The notes below the pieces were generated by a model. It saw only the letters and a program-made list of their open reading frames with translations. It was not told the DNA's origin and ran no database searches. The position numbers were made by a program, and so were the translations under genes. Below, in pieces: positions 63,162-64,000 of a stretch of DNA of 64,000 nt. This stretch comes from a virus (Duplodnaviria > Heunggongvirae > Uroviricota > Caudoviricetes): positions 111,843 through 175,842 of the IMG/VR virus record IMGVR_UViG_3300028048_000051. One strand, written 5' to 3'. The first letter of the stretch is position 1. The number at the start of each line of letters is the position of its first letter.

Positions 63162-63926
63162 AAGGAAGGACTGACGAAGCGCAGCAGCTATGCGGTAGGC
63201 GTTGGTCGTGCCTGCAGGGAACACCAGGAGGCGCAGGATGCCAATAACAAACGGCAGGAGGCCTGTCGGAAGGCACAGGAAAAGCGAGATGACATCGTTG
63301 CCGAATTACGGAAGATGAATCGTCGTAATTTCCTGCCCTGTGATATAGAGCAGTATGATTTCAGATGTCTGGAATATCTGGAGTCGGCCGCGTCGGACAA
63401 CACGACTAACGGCTTCATGACTGAAATACTTCCGTTGTTGAGACAACTCGCGAAATCTCCATATGCATTCTACCCGCGACACTACACCCAGATGGCCCTG
63501 GATGACATAGAAAAAATGCTTGACGAGGACAACTGCCAGATGCACTTTGTAAAGGCGGTCGTGAAGAACGCCAAAGATGCATTGCGTCGGGACAGTCTGA
63601 GACAGTTGAACAGCAATCTTGTCGCCCAGGTGGAGAAGTGCTTGTTGGATTGGTGTCGTGCCACTGTCGCAGTACTGAAGGCGCCTGTGGAGAAACGTAC
63701 TCCGATAATGCTTGAAGCAGTATTGAAGACGTTGAGGCAGGTCAGGGAAACCGAAAAGCAGTTTTCTCAGCTGGACTATCGGTTGTGGGCCTTCACCGAT
63801 GACACTTCGGTATATCCGGCTCACGTGGAGAAACTGCATTGTTTGCGCTATGCGATTGTATCCATGGGCGGAAGGCAGGAGAAACTTCCGGAATTACTTC
63901 GCATGGTGATGACGTTGCGGAAGTGA
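63126..63926 (+). CDS. hypothetical protein with N-terminal CxxC...C..H cluster
   Basis: ORF. Confidence 0.55.
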   Translation: MGFKTFTCVICGKEGLTKRSSYAVGVGRACREHQEAQDANNKRQEACRKAQEKRDDIVAELRKMNRRNFLPCDIEQYDFRCLEYLESAASDNTTNGFMTEILPLLRQLAKSPYAFYPRHYTQMALDDIEKMLDEDNCQMHFVKAVVKNAKDALRRDSLRQLNSNLVAQVEKCLLDWCRATVAVLKAPVEKRTPIMLEAVLKTLRQVRETEKQFSQLDYRLWAFTDDTSVYPAHVEKLHCLRYAIVSMGGRQEKLPELLRMVMTLRK

Positions 63927-63942
63927 AGGAAACCACACGTGG

Positions 63943-63974
63943 AGACGGCTTGGATGCCGTCTTTTTTTTTTTTT
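63943..63974 (+). terminator. rho-independent terminator (T13 tract)
   Basis: AGACGGC / GCCGTCT stem, TTGGAT loop, then 13 T. Confidence 0.65.
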
Positions 63975-64000
63975 ACCCTATAGGTGGAAATATTAAAAGG

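Noticed and set aside
1-64000. CRISPR arrays, rRNA genes, integrase or att sites, transposase genes
   Set aside because: No regularly spaced direct repeats, no rRNA-like segments, and no recombinase or transposase motifs were seen on either strand.

Overview
The window is a 64-kb segment of a large tailed dsDNA phage genome of about 55% GC. Genes are densely packed and almost all on the + strand, many joined by ATGA or TAATG stop/start overlaps, with purine-rich Shine-Dalgarno sites and sigma70-like promoters. Recognisable content by position:
- 1-1945: a family-A DNA polymerase split at motif A by a GIY-YIG homing-endonuclease insertion.
- 3430-4797: a RecA-like recombinase.
- 8483-15208: an accessory block with a degenerate DnaQ-like exonuclease, a small retron/DRT-like reverse transcriptase preceded by about 440 nt lacking a + strand ORF, a JAB/MPN peptidase, a ThiF/E1-like enzyme, a tandem beta-grasp ubiquitin-like protein and a RusA resolvase.
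- 17884-29352: a hexapeptide-repeat protein; a thioredoxin-like gene; anaerobic ribonucleotide reductase NrdD carrying a LAGLIDADG intein, with its glycyl-radical domain in a separate ATGA-overlapping ORF; a lipoprotein moron with its own promoter and terminator; RtcB; NrdG; dUTPase.
- 31011-36278: a DUF3310 protein, an ATP-dependent RNA-ligase-like enzyme and ThyX.
- 36271-54300: many small proteins, including four dispersed or tandem paralogue families, a Lar-like protein, a PD-(D/E)xK-like nuclease and a HAD phosphatase.
- 54904-56764: a Rel/SpoT-type HD alarmone hydrolase and an SPFH/band-7 membrane protein.
- 57216-58211 (minus strand): a sigma-70 family sigma factor followed by a small acidic ORF.
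- 58346-61867: a 20-bp perfect palindrome and a promoter-like motif AAGTATAACCCA repeated four times just upstream of AGGAGGGTA ribosome-binding sites.
- 59264-60461: a high-GC MYG1-like gene followed by an 80-nt tmRNA tRNA-like-domain mimic and a tRNA.
- 62576-63161: a cassette flanked by 36-bp direct repeats.
Coordinates of internal starts were derived from the supplied ORF track by residue index. Hand-counted RNA and terminator coordinates may be off by 1-2 nt.
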